Shown: positions 24,881 to 38,812 of the stretch, one piece after another
How the letters are laid out: each line of letters opens with the position of its first letter
Numbering within the stretch: position 1 is the stretch's first letter
Origin: Catajapyx aquilonaris
Taxonomy: Eukaryota
Length of the DNA: 57,905 bases
NCBI GenBank assembly: GCA_000934665.2
Contig: JYFJ02000615.1
Span: forward strand, 62,001-119,905
Direction: 5' to 3'
Notes under the pieces: generated by a model
Databases searched by the model: none
Told to the model about the DNA's origin: nothing
Seen by the model: the letters and a program-made list of their open reading frames with translations, nothing else
Position numbers and translations under genes: made by a program

Positions 24881-27800
24881 CGACAATAATTTGTTATTAG
24901 CTGCTATTATGTTGATTTTAATAGAGCTTCTGTAGATATCCAACACATTCTAAGCGAGAATGTAAAATCTGGCAACGGCGGCGGTGATTGGACCTGGGGG
25001 TACATTTTGGGGGTCCCCACAATTTCGGGCGATAGTCCCAGGTACTAGACCGTGAGCTTGCAAACTCCTGCTGGCTTTGTTCCCAAGAGAAACACCGACC
25101 CGCATGGTCCCTGCCTTTCCCTCCCTCGCTATCTAAAGTCCTGTTGGCATCCTACTCTGCCTGGGTTTTGGACAGGGCCAATTAGATCCCTCGTATACAT
25201 TAGCGCCTTGTTGCCACGGATGGCTGCCCGTCTTTCCAACCCTTTAAAGAGAGTTGGATTCCCCCACACTATAAAAATTATTTTGAAGCTTAATTAATTA
25301 GCGCATTTCAAATGTGCGGGGGTCCATTGTAACGTGACTACAACTTTATCATTGGGAGTCGCCTGTGGGTAATTACGGTAATGGACACTGGATTTCATGG
25401 GAGGGTGGTTCCATTCCGGGGTTTTCGGGGTGCCGTGGGATTTAAAGGTATGGTAGGAACCAGCTTTTCCTCCGACAGTCTCCAAGGAACCATTAGCAAT
25501 AGAGGGAGACCTAGAGGGAGAGAAGGAGGCGCCACTCTATTTGACTCCTGACTCGTTGCACATGCGTTCTGATAGTTTGGAGGGGGAAGAGAGGGGGGAC
25601 ACACAGCTCTCCCAAAATTTATTCTGCTGAAATCGATCCTTTGCACGAACCGACCAACCCGCATCAGGAAAACGGGGGGGAAGGAGAGGGGGGAGAAATG
25701 GAAAAAGGGGGAATCCCCGCTCTCTCTCCCAGGATCAGTGTGAAATGCAAATGGACGTTTGCGGATTTCATTTTGCGTAAATTAACGCTTCATCTCGGTC
25801 GGATGTTACTCGCTGCAAAATAAAGCTACCAACAACCCCCACCCCCATCCCCCCTCCTCTGCCAAGTCCGACCGAGTCTCTTCTCATCTGTTTGCCTGCT
25901 CATCATGTTGAGTGGGGGAGAGGTGGTTGGAAGGATGTCTCTTGTCCAAATTGGGGGACGTCGGGTGTCGATACAATGGGCGTAATGGTTTCATTGTGTA
26001 GGACGTACCAGTCAAGTGATGGGATTAAATTCGCGAAGAAACACTGGAGGCAAACATTTGTCACCTGATCAAAATGTGACATTCAAAGTAATAAGCAAGA
26101 GTGGGCTGGGTCACTCTAAAGGGCCACGTACATATTATTTTTTATTCATTAGGATTTAATTGCGGTTGGTAGCATTTATTTACACTGCCTGCGGTGGTCA
26201 TATTAAGCCAAGTAATAAAATTGGCAAAATATTTGGGGTTCATTCTAATATTCCTGCCATGTGCAATATAATTTTGCGCTATTAATGGGTAGCACTCTGG
26301 CTGCCATAAAACATGCATAGTGTTTTCGCAATATATGACACCGACAAACAGGTGTATTAATGGTGTATACTCACATACCGGACGCGTATCTTTATACTGC
26401 TTTAATATTTAATCTCAATATAATGTAAAAAGCGTTACGTTTAACGTCAATTAATAAGCGAGCTCATAGCAGTACGCAAACATTTTCAGCTTGTCGCATG
26501 ATGATGTAGATAAACATATATGCCCAAAGCAAACATTTGTGCGGGACATGAAAATGGTAACTGCAGTATTAATCCACATCTCACTTGACATATACAACCA
26601 TTGCAATAAAAATGCCAGGAAGTAATTTCTAAGCATTTTGAGTAAAAATTTCCAAAGTGTCGCCGAAAATTTGCAACAAAGTTTAAGAGAAGGGACAAAA
26701 CTCAAGTTCGTCCAGAACAGTACGTAGAGAAAATAATTGCAAGGTTCAAATTCAATAACGAATTGTAACTAGTAAGTAAAAAAAATCGCTCAAATTGATC
26801 CACATCACCTTTTAGCGAGACCTAAGAAACACAAAAAAATGCAACTTTTTTTCCTCTCCTTTTGCAGCACGTGGTCGAGTCCTTTTAAACTGAAAAAAGG
26901 GGAAAAGGGGGAAAGAGAGTCTGTGCAATTCCCAGCGTGTCTCGATTCAGATCACGAGTAGAGCGGATCCAGACGCGGTTTCATTCGGCGGCGTCCATGC
27001 ATGTGGAGAAGAAGAAGAGGATGAAGCGCGGAAGAAGAAGAGACGCAGCACCCAACTGGATTTGGACTCTAATGCAAAAAAGAGGAAAAAGAAGAAGAAC
27101 TCGCCAAAAAAAAAAACCTTGTCTCTTTAAAAAAAAGGAAGGAAAGAATGCCTTTTCCGCCTAAAATCACACAATCAGCACCAAAAAGCTGGCTTGCTGT
27201 CCGCCTTTCAAATTAACATCAGAGAAAAGCGGGCGGCACAATCAGCCTGGAAGAATAAAAAAAATAGGAAACAGCTTGTTCCACTTATGAAGAACGCGAT
27301 ATATTTTAAACATGATGCAACTCCGCCTCCGGACCAGCATTTTTCAACCGTACCGAATTCTTGGCTGCAAAGCAGGCATGCACAGACGTGAGCAAAAATG
27401 TAGGCTCGTTTTGCACTCTTGAGAGTGAATATTCCAGCAAGAAGATTGAAAGTAAAGTGTCTAGTTCTAGCTCTTTATGGTTTAGCTTAGTTTAGTATAT
27501 TTGGAAGAAGCCAAAGCAACTATCGGGCTATTAGAAGATGCAAAGGTGGGACAGATGGAGACATAAACGAAGAGGAAAAAGAAGATAAAAAATACTAGTA
27601 TTGCTCTTACAGTGTCTCCTATCCCAAAGACCTGTACGACTTGGGTAGCCTGCCAGTAGACGAGCTACCACCGGCGTAACTCTTGGGGTCACGGGAAAGA
27701 CACAAACGCCTACCACCACCACCACCACCACGACAAAAGTGAAGATACCATCGGGGGAAAAAATCATGCAATTCATAGTGTTGTTCCAGAAAAATGAACA

Positions 27801-30784
27801 TGTCGGTTATCCCAGAATAGCCGGCTAATTAGCATAACAAATGCTCATTATCCAAGGTGGGCATCGGCAAGAGAATCTACCCAACACAGGCTTCACACAA
27901 ACTCTGGCATATCTCTCTATGGCTGGAAGCAAGAACCCATTTCTTTTGAAGCGGCTCGGTCCTTTTCCCCTTATTTCTGTCACAGCCCCGGTAATTGTCC
28001 TGTTGTGTAAAGACACAGCCAGTTAGCAGCCAAGTGATGGTTTCCGGGTCTTCTTCCGGATACGAGAGAGAGAGGAGAGAAAAGTGATGTGGAGGCCTAT
28101 ATTTTTGCCTCCGGTCCTCATTAGTTGCGGCCCATTTCGGACGGGTCTTTCCAAAGCGCGTTTATCTCGCCCGTTGACATTAACACGCGGATGGAGCGAC
28201 GGTTCACATGGGGACCAAGACACGTCGTCGGTGGGGGTTGTCGGCACAATGACGACAACTCTTATCGCGACTACTCATCTCCTAAAGCGCCGTGTCTCAG
28301 CTGCTTGCTTCTTCCCCCCCTCCTCTCATTCTTCCTTAACTGACGTTTTCCGGATGAACCGCCCACCGAAAATGCTTCCTTCTTAAGACACCTCGCTACT
28401 TTCTTGGCCCCGCAGACCTCAAAAACGTTGGGGGAGGTTTTCTTGCAAGGTAGCACCTTCAAAGTGACAAGAACAAAGAGCGTGGCAGCCCCCAAAAAAA
28501 CATGGCCGCTGTATGCAGGGTTGGAAACAAAAGTTGGAATTAGGATGAATTTTTGTCGCCACAAAGGCGTCACCGTATAACTTTTTATAACCGGAACCCA
28601 GGTGGTGTGGTAGATAATGAGGGAGCCTCGATATGATACAGACACTTTGATCAAGATGTTGCGCATTTGGGATCTAAAGCCCGGGCCACCATCCAGCGCA
28701 GCGTCCCAAAATAACAGCAAAAAATATATGCGGGCCGTTCGCTCCCTGTAAAATCCATTTGGGGAGTAATTATCAGGCCTGGTCGTAAATCTGCAAAATG
28801 CACCGGGGATCTTGGAAAAGGGGGCCTAAGGTGAGAGAGGCATCAGAAGCACGTCGACATTTCAGGCAAATTTTCCTAGGGCCTTGAGTTATAGTGCAAC
28901 CAGGAGGCTGACTCCGATGCCTTTAAGCTTATCGAAAGCCCGTCTACCTAACTGTAGTTTATTTCTCCACTCCCCTCCCCCTCCCCCCACCAACCCCTCC
29001 CACCTTCCCCTCGGAGGAACTTTATTTTCTGGGTCTAGGTGTGCAATCTCCATAAAATCTGCGAGGAGAGGAATGCCCTGGCTTAGTGTTTCGGTGTTGC
29101 AACGAAGAGAACTCTTGGGAGAGATAGAGAAGTCTGTCTAGGTGTGTGGGTGTGTGTGTGTGCGATGCCAGTAGCATCGATAAGCCGTCTCTAGCACAAC
29201 CCTTTCCGACATTGTAGGGTCCAGGATTAAAAGCCAGTTTCCTCTCGCTTGCTACGTTAATGGCTGGTAATGTGTTTACGTATTTCGGGTGGAGGGGTAG
29301 GACTCCGGGCCTCTTTTCCGACTGTATTGTTTTTCCCCGGGCACTTGCTCCGCTCAACGGATTACGTTTCAGTTAATGCAGACAGCTATTGCGACTGGGG
29401 AGGGATCATCATCAAACTTTAAGGATTACGTCACTGTCCGGGAGAAATAGTTTCTTTCAAATGTGGACGTTTGTTGTACTGGCGCAATCAGACTGAGGAG
29501 ATAATGGAAGGTGTTGCCGGCGGAGTTGGTCCAAGTGTTGCACTGTACACAGACACAATCAGTGAACTTTCAGTACCATAATTATTCCTATATTCAAAGT
29601 GTGGAATACTGAAATGCGTCTGTCCACAAACCTTGTCCGAAAAAAGTAGCAACAGCGTTTGTCCAAACAGCCGGACTCGACAAAAACCTGGCGAGGAACG
29701 GCGTTGTAAAATTCATTTTATGGAAGTCAGTTTCGGACTGCAGCTCAACAGGACCGTGATGGTTTTAGAGAAGAGCTTTTTTTGTTGGGTGGGTGGGAGT
29801 GCTTATGGTGATAGTACTGGTATAGGGGGGGTCGGGGTGGAAAGGAGATTAAACTAGAGGGGGGTCCTAACGCCAGGAGGAAGCAATAATAATTGTGGCA
29901 GGTCGATTACCAGCAACGTTGCTTGTCAGTGGATATAGGAGGGGATGCCTGCGCAGTTTACTTTTTTTTTCTCTCTCTCTATCCCCTTACACACCACCCA
30001 CCATTCTAAATCTAGTCCGTGGAGAGAGGAATGAGTTTTATGCCAGCGCTCAACATGCACAGCACTCCGAATTGGCCCTTGCTCAGACCCAAGTGGCCCT
30101 CATGATATGCGAATAAACCACTCTTCCAAGAATGATGGCCGCTTTTCAGCCACTTTGGAAAAGGAGTTTTCTGGCTTCTCTATCGAATCTGCTTTCTGCT
30201 TACTCTCTTTTTTTGACCCAAGGATTTTGAGGTGGTGTTAAATTTTCTGTATGGTAATCAAGCCGTCAGCGCCAGGCCATTACTGCATGTTTTGGACACA
30301 AATGGATCATGACTGGCCTCCCTATACACTCTCCTTCAGTGATTCTGCGGCTGTGAATGAATTGGAGGATATTTACTGCTGGATTTAGGACATCGAGGCT
30401 TACAGCCACATAATAAATTATATGAGAAAACACCGGTACACAGCTCACACTATTAAACCCAGCTTTTAAATGCGAGTAATAGTAACACGAAGTTGATAAT
30501 ATGGCGCGCACACCGGCTTTCACCATGCTCCATATAGGTGATATAAATGTGGTGCAACCGGGGCCCCAAAATCCACCGTAAATAGCCCTAGACGGGTCCC
30601 CGCAGACAATCACTACCCAGAAAATGACATCCATTACGCCGACGCCTGACTACACTAACATTTCGCACGGACCTAATATCGTCCAGAAAAGAGCCATAAA
30701 GTTGGGCGCAGTACAACACCAGCATCCCCCCGGATTATATATCCGGGCTTACAGGCAACAATAAAAAAAGAGAAACCATCCTAC

Positions 30785-31036
30785 CTGTACTCTCCGTTCC
30801 GGGTACGTCCGGACATGCCTGGTATCTGAGAAGAAGCCTGGAGTCCTCGGTACAGGAATCGATGCTGGACACCGGAGACCTGCACTCGCCATGGCCCCTG
30901 TTGTAAGTGAAGGTGAAAGGCCCGTGGAAGGGACACTTGACCGGCTCGCCTTCCAGCCGAAACATGGAGTACAGTAACGCATCTCCGGTTATTACGGAGC
31001 ATAGGTTGGACAGCCGGTTGCGACCGTGGCAGTACG
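30785..31036 (-). CDS. Coding exon C of the same gene
   Basis: tttcag|CG TAC TGC ... AGT ACA G|gtag; 252 nt, phase 1 to 1. Encodes YCHGRNRLSNLCSVITGDALLYSMFRLEGEPVKCPFHGPFTFTYNRGHGECRSPVSSIDSCTEDSRLLLRYQACPDVPGTEST. Confidence 0.93.
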
Positions 31037-31054
31037 CTGAAATAGTGGACAATA

Positions 31055-31180
31055 AACAGGCCGATTAGTAAGAAAAATTACGTACGAGACGAAATTTGTG
31101 GGTAGCTCGCTAGATGGCGTAGCTGATGTGTCGCCATCTAGTGAGTTGATTCAGCCATTTTTATAAAAACTCGGCTTGTT
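31055..31180. repeat. Degenerate fold-back element next to the exon C acceptor
   Basis: Outer arms AACAGGCCGA / TCGGCTTGTT; inner arms AGCTCGCTAGATGGCG / CGCCATCTAGTGAGTT. Confidence 0.6.
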
Positions 31181-33039
31181 CACTGTCAATTTGCATTAAA
31201 TGTCATAATATTTAATTCCGCCCAAATGCAAATGCCCAAACTTGCTGATATTGGGAGATACCGCGATTTCATCCCACCAACCATCCACCCCTCGCAAACC
31301 AGCCAGTGGGAATAGGTAATTATATGCGTAATGAAACAACACGAGACCGTTTGTCACTGAGCCGGTACACTGTGTACACACAGACAGACACACACAGAGA
31401 GAGAGAGGCCCTGCCTTTTAGCAGCCGACTCTGCGCATTTTGCGGCCTGCCGCGGTATCTCGCTTTAATGGTGATAATCATTTCTGCCGGTGGATGCCTA
31501 ATGTACCTATAGTTGCCAACTCTATTCCGCGGTTGCCAAGCATTCCACCTCATTTCGCTTATTGATCATTCCATGCCAATAGTGGCTGCCGACCTGCCCT
31601 TTCTCAGTCTGATGGGGGTGGGGGGGTATATAGTATAAAGGAGAAAAAGAATTCGGTTGGGTACGACCTATTATCCGCATCGCTGACTCTCTCGTTTTGC
31701 ACTGCTAACGGTGGGGCCGTTTGCAAAAATTATCCTGCAAGTGGGCTAATTGCATTAAAATGTTCAAGGAGGGCGGGAAGATGCCCCTTTGATGAGAGTG
31801 GGTGTCGCACCTTGGTTAGAAACCTTGCCAGGATTCAATGTTCCAACTTTTTAAACCGCTAATTAAATAAATAAATTAATTGGCAAGCCCATGTTTTTTC
31901 AACACATTAATTGGTATGGAGCAGCGACTGGCACGATTTGTACTTGAATAATAATCACTGAAAGGTGGCGACAATGCAAACAATTTTTTTTTTCCATTCC
32001 CGTACGCTCGAGTGGCATTGTGACATTCCCATTATGACTTTGCGGCCTGCGAAATTGCCCGCATGCAAACCCCCTCCTCCTATACCTCTGCCATATACCT
32101 CCCCCTTTCAACCGCATTGTGAATTTGTAAATACATCCGGTGCCATTAAACAAACGCACCGCTGAAGCATTCATAGCACATTACAGTAATAAGCATTAAA
32201 ACACGATCTTGCATCGCAGCGGTTAACGAGAGTTACCTGGGACAATAAAAACCGACGCTGGACACTAAAAAAAGAAGAATGAATTTACACAAAATGGAAA
32301 AATAAGACCTGGTAGTTTTTTTTGTGTTGATGTGCGTATATATATGTGGGTGTGTGTGCAACCGGAGCGGTTCGTTCGGGAGAATAATTGCGGGGGATTG
32401 GCTAACAGGGAATTGCACTATGAGCTAGCATAATAGCTGTGCCCTTGTAATGAGAAAATGAGGGATGGTTAGCAGGTGCTTTGGGCTCAGGCCGTGACCT
32501 TACACCAGGACCTCTACCAAAGCCAGGATTTATGCTCGCAAATCACATCCATTTTTTAAACAAACGGACTGGGATTATTATGAGCCATTTTTATATATAA
32601 CCAGGAGTGTCTCACAATGTAGTTAATGTGATACCGGTGCATGTTAAAGTTAGTGTCATATTTCCGATAGGGAAGCATAAACATTCTGACTTTTCCTATT
32701 GAACAAGACAAACACTATTACGACAAAGTTTTTCTTGTCATAAATGCCACAAACATTCAAAAACGACAATTACATATAATTATCGAAGGGGTTGACGGCA
32801 AAATTAGTTTGACAGCATTTTTGAGATTACAAATAGTGCAGATTAGCAACGACATAATTAAAATAATGAATCAGCTTCTTCCTTCTAAATAATTATATTG
32901 AATTTCTTTTGTAGCAAATCACCTGCACTAGTCGATGCCAAATACTGACATGTACTTTTCTGGTGATAAATGAAATCTTTGCAATCAACTCATCCAACTG
33001 ACAGTCATCAACATGGATTTAAAATTAGGGCCAACTTAC

Positions 33040-33107
33040 TTTCCTTGTACTGCAAGACATTGATGTGATTCTCGTGAATGACGACACAGCGGTAGCATGT
33101 CCTATCC
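33040..33107 (-). CDS. Coding exon B of the same gene (absent from ORF track)
   Basis: cttttag|G GAT AGG ... AAG GAA A|gtaag; 68 nt, phase 2 to 1. Encodes (E)DRTCYRCVVIHENHINVLQYKE(T) and joins exons A and C in frame. Confidence 0.9.
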
Positions 33108-33898
33108 CTAAAAGGAAGAGAAAGGGGAGGACAGCATGTTACACACTAATCACCATAACAAAGCGGATTAAAACGTGCCGACAAAGTAACAATCCAACTC
33201 TCTCCTGCACTCTTCACCCAGGGAATAATCAACCGAGCGAGGGGAACGAGGGAGGGACGTATATTAATTAACAAACCCCTGGTGATATAAGCCCACTTGA
33301 CCTGCCCCCCCTTCCTCCAATCGAACCGGTTCAATCTCTCACTTGACAAAAATTCGAGCAAAATTAACGCTGCATATTTCCTCTTCAAACCGATAGCAGT
33401 TTCAATCTCGAGTCTGTTGGATCCCCCCCCCCCCTCCTCCTTCCCCATCCTCCCAAGTTTTACAGTAGGGGGGGCGGAAGCAATCTCAAGTCCTTGCTAC
33501 TCCATCATGAGCGTAACCTAAGCTCGTAAAGCGTTTAGAAGATCAACGTCAAAGGCAATTTCACGGGCTAAAGCAGGCCTATGCACTACTCGATAGGGAT
33601 TTATGCTTGACAAGCATGACGGTGAGAACTTGGGGCCGCATCCCTTCATTTGCATACACTCCTCCTCTGGATGCTGCCAAAGCCTTCGGTTCAAGGGAGA
33701 CCGCCCCGCCTCCGCTTGATCGGAGACTATCTGCCGAGGGTGGGCTTTATGGAAACAATCAGCACTTCAGGAGGCTGGCATCCAAGCCATTTTGCGCCTG
33801 GAGGGTAGGCCAAGTGCCCGTCAGACGAGCCAAAATGGGCATCTAACTGCCAGGATCAAGATTTATACGTTGGGGGAAAAAAGTAGTTCTGACTCGCC

Positions 33899-34064
33899 CT
33901 GTACTGGACATTAATGGTGTTGTACATGTGGCGCCCACTAGCCGATGGCGGAAATAGAGAGAATCGAAAGTTGTCTCCGCATCACTTGGGAAGGCAAATG
34001 CTTGCTCTTTTGCCTCAATCGGCTGGTGGCGCCACAAGTACAACAACATTAATGTCCAGCACTG
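33899..34064. mobile_element. MITE family A, copy 2
   Basis: CTGTACTGGACATTAATGGTGTTGTAC ... GTACAACAACATTAATGTCCAGCACTG|TA, with inverted arms continuing inward. Confidence 0.8.
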
Positions 34065-35404
34065 TATACAGTACAGGCCAAAAAAACGGAGGATTTTCAC
34101 TATGTTGTATAAACTTTACTACTTTTTGTCGCTCGTATCATATGTAATTTTTCCCCCAGCGTAAACCGTGTGGGGTAATAAATCGTAGAGAGTGGTTGTC
34201 CACCATCTTTTTGATCCTAGGCAATAGTGGTCTTCAAAAGGACTGGAAATTAATTTTTTTAAAAAAAGGTTGTTTTGATGCAACTGTTAGGTCTGCATAC
34301 TTTAAATTCCCAATCGCCGATTAACAAGTAAAACTTCAGACGTAACCTATTAGTGTTTCACTACCACATTTTTGCTGCATTACCAGTCACCCTGTTTATT
34401 GATGTTCAAATCAAAGCCAAAGGGAACAATGATTACCCCATGGGTGGGGTCCACTGCACAAAGGAAAATTAGGCTAGATACACCCCTGGCGAAAAAAAAG
34501 AGAGAACGTGGGGGGAAAAAATAAAGGCACGTACTGTAATGGTAGTAAATTATTCGAATGAACAATGCTTATTGCGAAGTAATTAGCACTAGTTCCTGCT
34601 TTATTTCCTCTGCCATCAGGCACTCAACTACGTCCAGCATTTTGATTACTAGGGGTCCGCATTATTTCTTCACAATGATTGCAAAATTATACTTTTTTTG
34701 CACTAATTAGCATCCATTTTTTTCAAGCCAAGTCCGAGACATTGTTCTGCTCTCATAATTCCATAGGATGCCGACCCCTGCACCTAATCATTTGCTGGGG
34801 GGGGGGGGCCTCCTAATATTAGTGCCTGAATTAATACCTAATCCGGCTGCGATTACGCCCTCTCCCCCCCCCTCTCCACGAAAGCGTAATAAATAAACAT
34901 CCGTGTTTATTGCGAATAATCCCCGCTGGCCGTTAGTCTGCTGATAGATACGACGGGAGGTTTTGTGTGTAGAGCGTGCCTTTTGCGCCGCTTCCCGATC
35001 CCTAACTGGCCACCATTATCAACTAAGCGAAGCTCAAAATGCCCTCCATTTTTTAAAAGTATTCCATGGTGGTGGTGGGGGATGGCGGTGATGGGGAGTT
35101 GGAAAGGGGAGGGTATGCCCATCATGCCCTAATTTCACGCCGTTTGACTCGAACCCTCCCCTATTCCGTATTTGGAATTCTCTCGTGTTGCACTTGTTTG
35201 CTTAGCGGGAAACCCTGCCCCGGATGGAACTGGAAATATTGAATCGATGTGAAAAGTATGAGCTGGAGATTATAGAATTTGGCAACACTGCCCCCCACCC
35301 CATTGGACGTAGTACGATATTCCACAACAAGATGGCTGCACTTGGTAACTACATGCACCTAGGTGATGATGAGTCGCCTATACAAACGCCTAGCCAATTC
35401 TATA

Positions 35405-35662
35405 CAGGGTGTTTCAACTTTTTGTCCGAACAGTTATCGAAAAATTGCACGTAGCTGCTACTTTGTAAGCAGTGACTTTCAAACGGTGATTTTTCGGAGG
35501 AACGGGGAATATTCAAGTGGCACAGGTCACACATGCCATGGGATGTGTGACCCTCTTTTTCCCCATTCCCCATTCCTCCGACAAATCACCGGTTGCAAGT
35601 CACTACTTACAATGTATCAGCTTTACCGATAACTGTTAGGACAAAAAAGTTGAAACACCCTG
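35405..35662. mobile_element. MITE family D (mariner-type CAGGGTG TIR)
   Basis: TA|CAGGGTGTTTCAACTTTTTGTCC ... GGACAAAAAAGTTGAAACACCCTG|TA; nested inverted segments down to a central GGTCACACAT/ATGTGTGACC stem. Confidence 0.88.
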
Positions 35663-36267
35663 TATATAACTTATTATCGGATGTGTGCAATGTTGTATTT
35701 GCTCCATTCCCTTCAACCGGCGTGATCCCGAATTCACAGTGATGTTCCATCAATTACAGCATTATTTTGTGGTGGTGAAAAGCTAGCCCTGGATACAATA
35801 TACGCCATTAGATGATTGGAGTTGAGCTGGCCTAATTCGTGGATCGAAACATCCCTCCCCTCCCCTCCTCCCCTCTTCCCCACAGGAATCGTCCAATACC
35901 CGGACCCAGAAAATAATTCCCGACAGCCTCTTCTTGGCTACTCTCAACTGCCAGCTTACATTTTGGGAGAGTTTAGCACAGGCTCACGTTCCAATTAATC
36001 GGCGAGGGAGGCACTCAAAAAATATATATGTCTCGAAAAAAAAATAGGAAGCGTCTCCTATTGGATGATAGGACCTATTGTTGCTTGGGGAAACGCAGTC
36101 TCGTCATGCCCCATCTCACCTTTCCTTACAGCTGCCATAAGCTGAGGTGCGAATGAGTCCCAAAGGTCATCGCTTTGGCCCGGGTCATTACGACTCCCAA
36201 CAGGGTTCAATCATTTTGCAGGAAGAGCTAGGACCATCATAAAAACTGGGTGGGGAAAAAAACGATA

Positions 36268-36335
36268 CAGGGTGTTCCACAATTTACTGAACTACATAGT
36301 GATCTAGTCCCCATGAATTATTATGGAACACCCTG
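36268..36335. mobile_element. Very small (68 bp) mariner-type MITE
   Basis: TA|CAGGGTGTTCCACAAT ... ATTATGGAACACCCTG|TA; 15 of 16 TIR positions complementary, TA on both sides. Confidence 0.8.
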
Positions 36336-38637
36336 TAGAGTCCGAGCCTTCAAAAAAATCCGGATGATGTCGATCCCCGCTCATTCGGACCGGATTAGCT
36401 TTTACGATCGGATTTTAGCTGCTGCATTGCTTTACCAATTCTGATGACGGAGCTGCCCGGAAAGTTGCCGTGTTTATTGCAGGATCCGGAATTAAATCTC
36501 TTACGTGCTTTTAATTCCCTTTGTTCCGGAGTCGCCCCCATTCCAAGTCCTTCCTCGGATTTTACGGAATCTTTCATGGCGAGCCACTAGAGATACGTTT
36601 CTAAGATTCGAGCTTTTCCCCGGACTGATTATAGTTGCTAGCCTTTATTATGGCCTCCAAATTGGAGAAGTGGTTTAACCCTGGCCAATTGTCGGATCTG
36701 CCATAAACAACCCGGGTTATTTTCTTAGGGCTCAAAAAAGTGGCAGAGTGGGTATTAACCCAATTTGAAAATACCGGTACCTTATTTAGAATGGCTTTTG
36801 TGACAAGGCTTTAATCTGATGCTAATACAGTACAAAGCGTGTAAAAAGCGTACAAAAAATAGTCCAGAAAGTGAAGCTATTATGCCTTACTTTAAAAGGA
36901 GGTTCTGCAAAAGACGGCTTCTTGCATGGTTTCCAGATTTTGGGTATATTTCAGCGGCTTCAAAGAGGGGCTGGCACCATGCGCCAAAACCCCGAGCAGT
37001 GCAGCAGCTTATATAACTTTCTGCCGAGGATATCCTACTAAGCCGCCTAACAAAGAAGGCCTCCTTCATTAACGTTTCTCATCAATCCCGACTCAAATTG
37101 CATAGATCAAAGATCAAAGCAAGAAAGATGCAGAGACCTTCCAGAGACAATGGCTGCTGCTCCATAACTTGCAGGGGAGGAAAATGCGATCAGGGAGAAA
37201 AGTTACATTGAAAGAATTGGAGGATAAAGAAAAAGAAAGGTTGTTGGGTAAAAATTTTTGCTTGCTTCTTCTTCTTCTTCTTCGGCGTCGCCGAAGAAGA
37301 AAAAGAAGCTGGCAACGTGGAAGCTTCCAGAGCCAAACCTTCTTTGTGCCAAATGATGGCATTACATCCCTAGTTTCCAGTCCAATGCTCCATGCCAGAC
37401 CAGCTCCGTTTTTGGTTCGAGGGACTCTTGTCTTCGTGTAGGGCGCTTTCTGTCCCCTTTTTCCCTGTTGCACCCACCACCCCCGGGATAGGATGAAAAA
37501 AAAAGTTCTTTTCAAGTCTCGAGGGTTCTGATGTGGAACTAATCACATCAGAGAAGGAAGGGGATGGGGGGGAAGAAGGAGAAGAAGTTGAAAAAGCCAC
37601 TCTTCGAAAATTTGAAACTGGTTTGTCAGCAGTAGTGCGGCTTCACTAGACCTTAGAGATTAAAACGCCAGGAAGGACTATCTTAACCAGTTCGGTCCTT
37701 TACATTAGAGACGTAACGTAGTGGATCACCCGGTTACAAACTGAATTGTCATAATCTATGGTCCTGAAGCAGGTTTCGGCAAACAATGTACACAATCTAT
37801 TGAAACAACCACTAATAATTATGATGTCACAATTCAGTCAACGGAAGCAACGAGATTATCAGTTGTAGACATAGTATAGGGATGTCTTATTATTGGGATC
37901 GAAATTCTAGATTTGCGTGCTAACCTGTTGTCGACTCTTCTGCAGCTGACAGCCGGATTGATGAGGAAAAGATGGAACTACACGCGTCCATAGTTTCAAC
38001 GGGTTGCAAGAGAAAACTTTGATGGAAAATTGTAATGGATGGGTTTCACTCACCGGAATTATTGTTCGCTCAAAGGAAAACGTTTAATATTAATCCGACT
38101 AACGTCACTTTGAACTCGAGCTTTTCGTCTCCATTCAGGTGACAACAAAAATGCGAAAAGAGAGGCTAGTCCTCATCACGAAAAAAAAAATCCTCTTTCG
38201 AATGTGATATATCTTCTCATCCCCGTAACGACTCGCAACACATTCACTCAGTTCCGGCTTGTATCAATTTTCCGCTCTCGCTTTTTGGATCCCCCAGACT
38301 GACGAACCCTGGACGAACCTCCCCCCTCCTCCCTCTAACATTTTTTTTTGCACACTGCCAGACTGGAACATCAATAACGGCGCCTCTGTCCGGCACTCTC
38401 CCAAAATGAAGAGAGATGTGATTTGTTAATGACGGCTTCCATCTCCGCTGCCTTCCAAGTGCTACTCTATCATTCACACCCCTAAACATACGGGGGAGGA
38501 TTTTATTTCGCCATTTTTTTTGTGTGTCCCCCTCCTAATATGGACACACTAGATGGCACCAGTCGTCCCAAAACATTCCCATCAGATGTCGCCACCATCA
38601 GCTCATACATTACGCCATCTATCAAATGATGACTGAC

Positions 38638-38812
38638 GAAATAAAATAAAATAAAAACAAAAAAGCTAACAGATAACAAAATTACTAATAAAATAATAAC
38701 AAATAGCTCATAAATAATAAAATGAGTAATAATAATTAATACCAAAATAGCTAATATGTGATAATTTTTTAATACCAAAATAGCTAATACGTAGACTAAG
38801 AATAAAACAATT
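38638..38812. repeat. A-rich low-complexity tract
   Basis: AAAAT/AAT-type units with TAATACCAAAATAGCTAATA present twice. Confidence 0.85.

Noticed and set aside
37729..37843. Weak inverted repeat ACTGAATTGT...CATAAT / ATTATG...ACAATTCAGT (a similarly weak one lies at 41089-41209)
   Set aside because: Probably an old MITE, but too decayed to define termini or a TSD.
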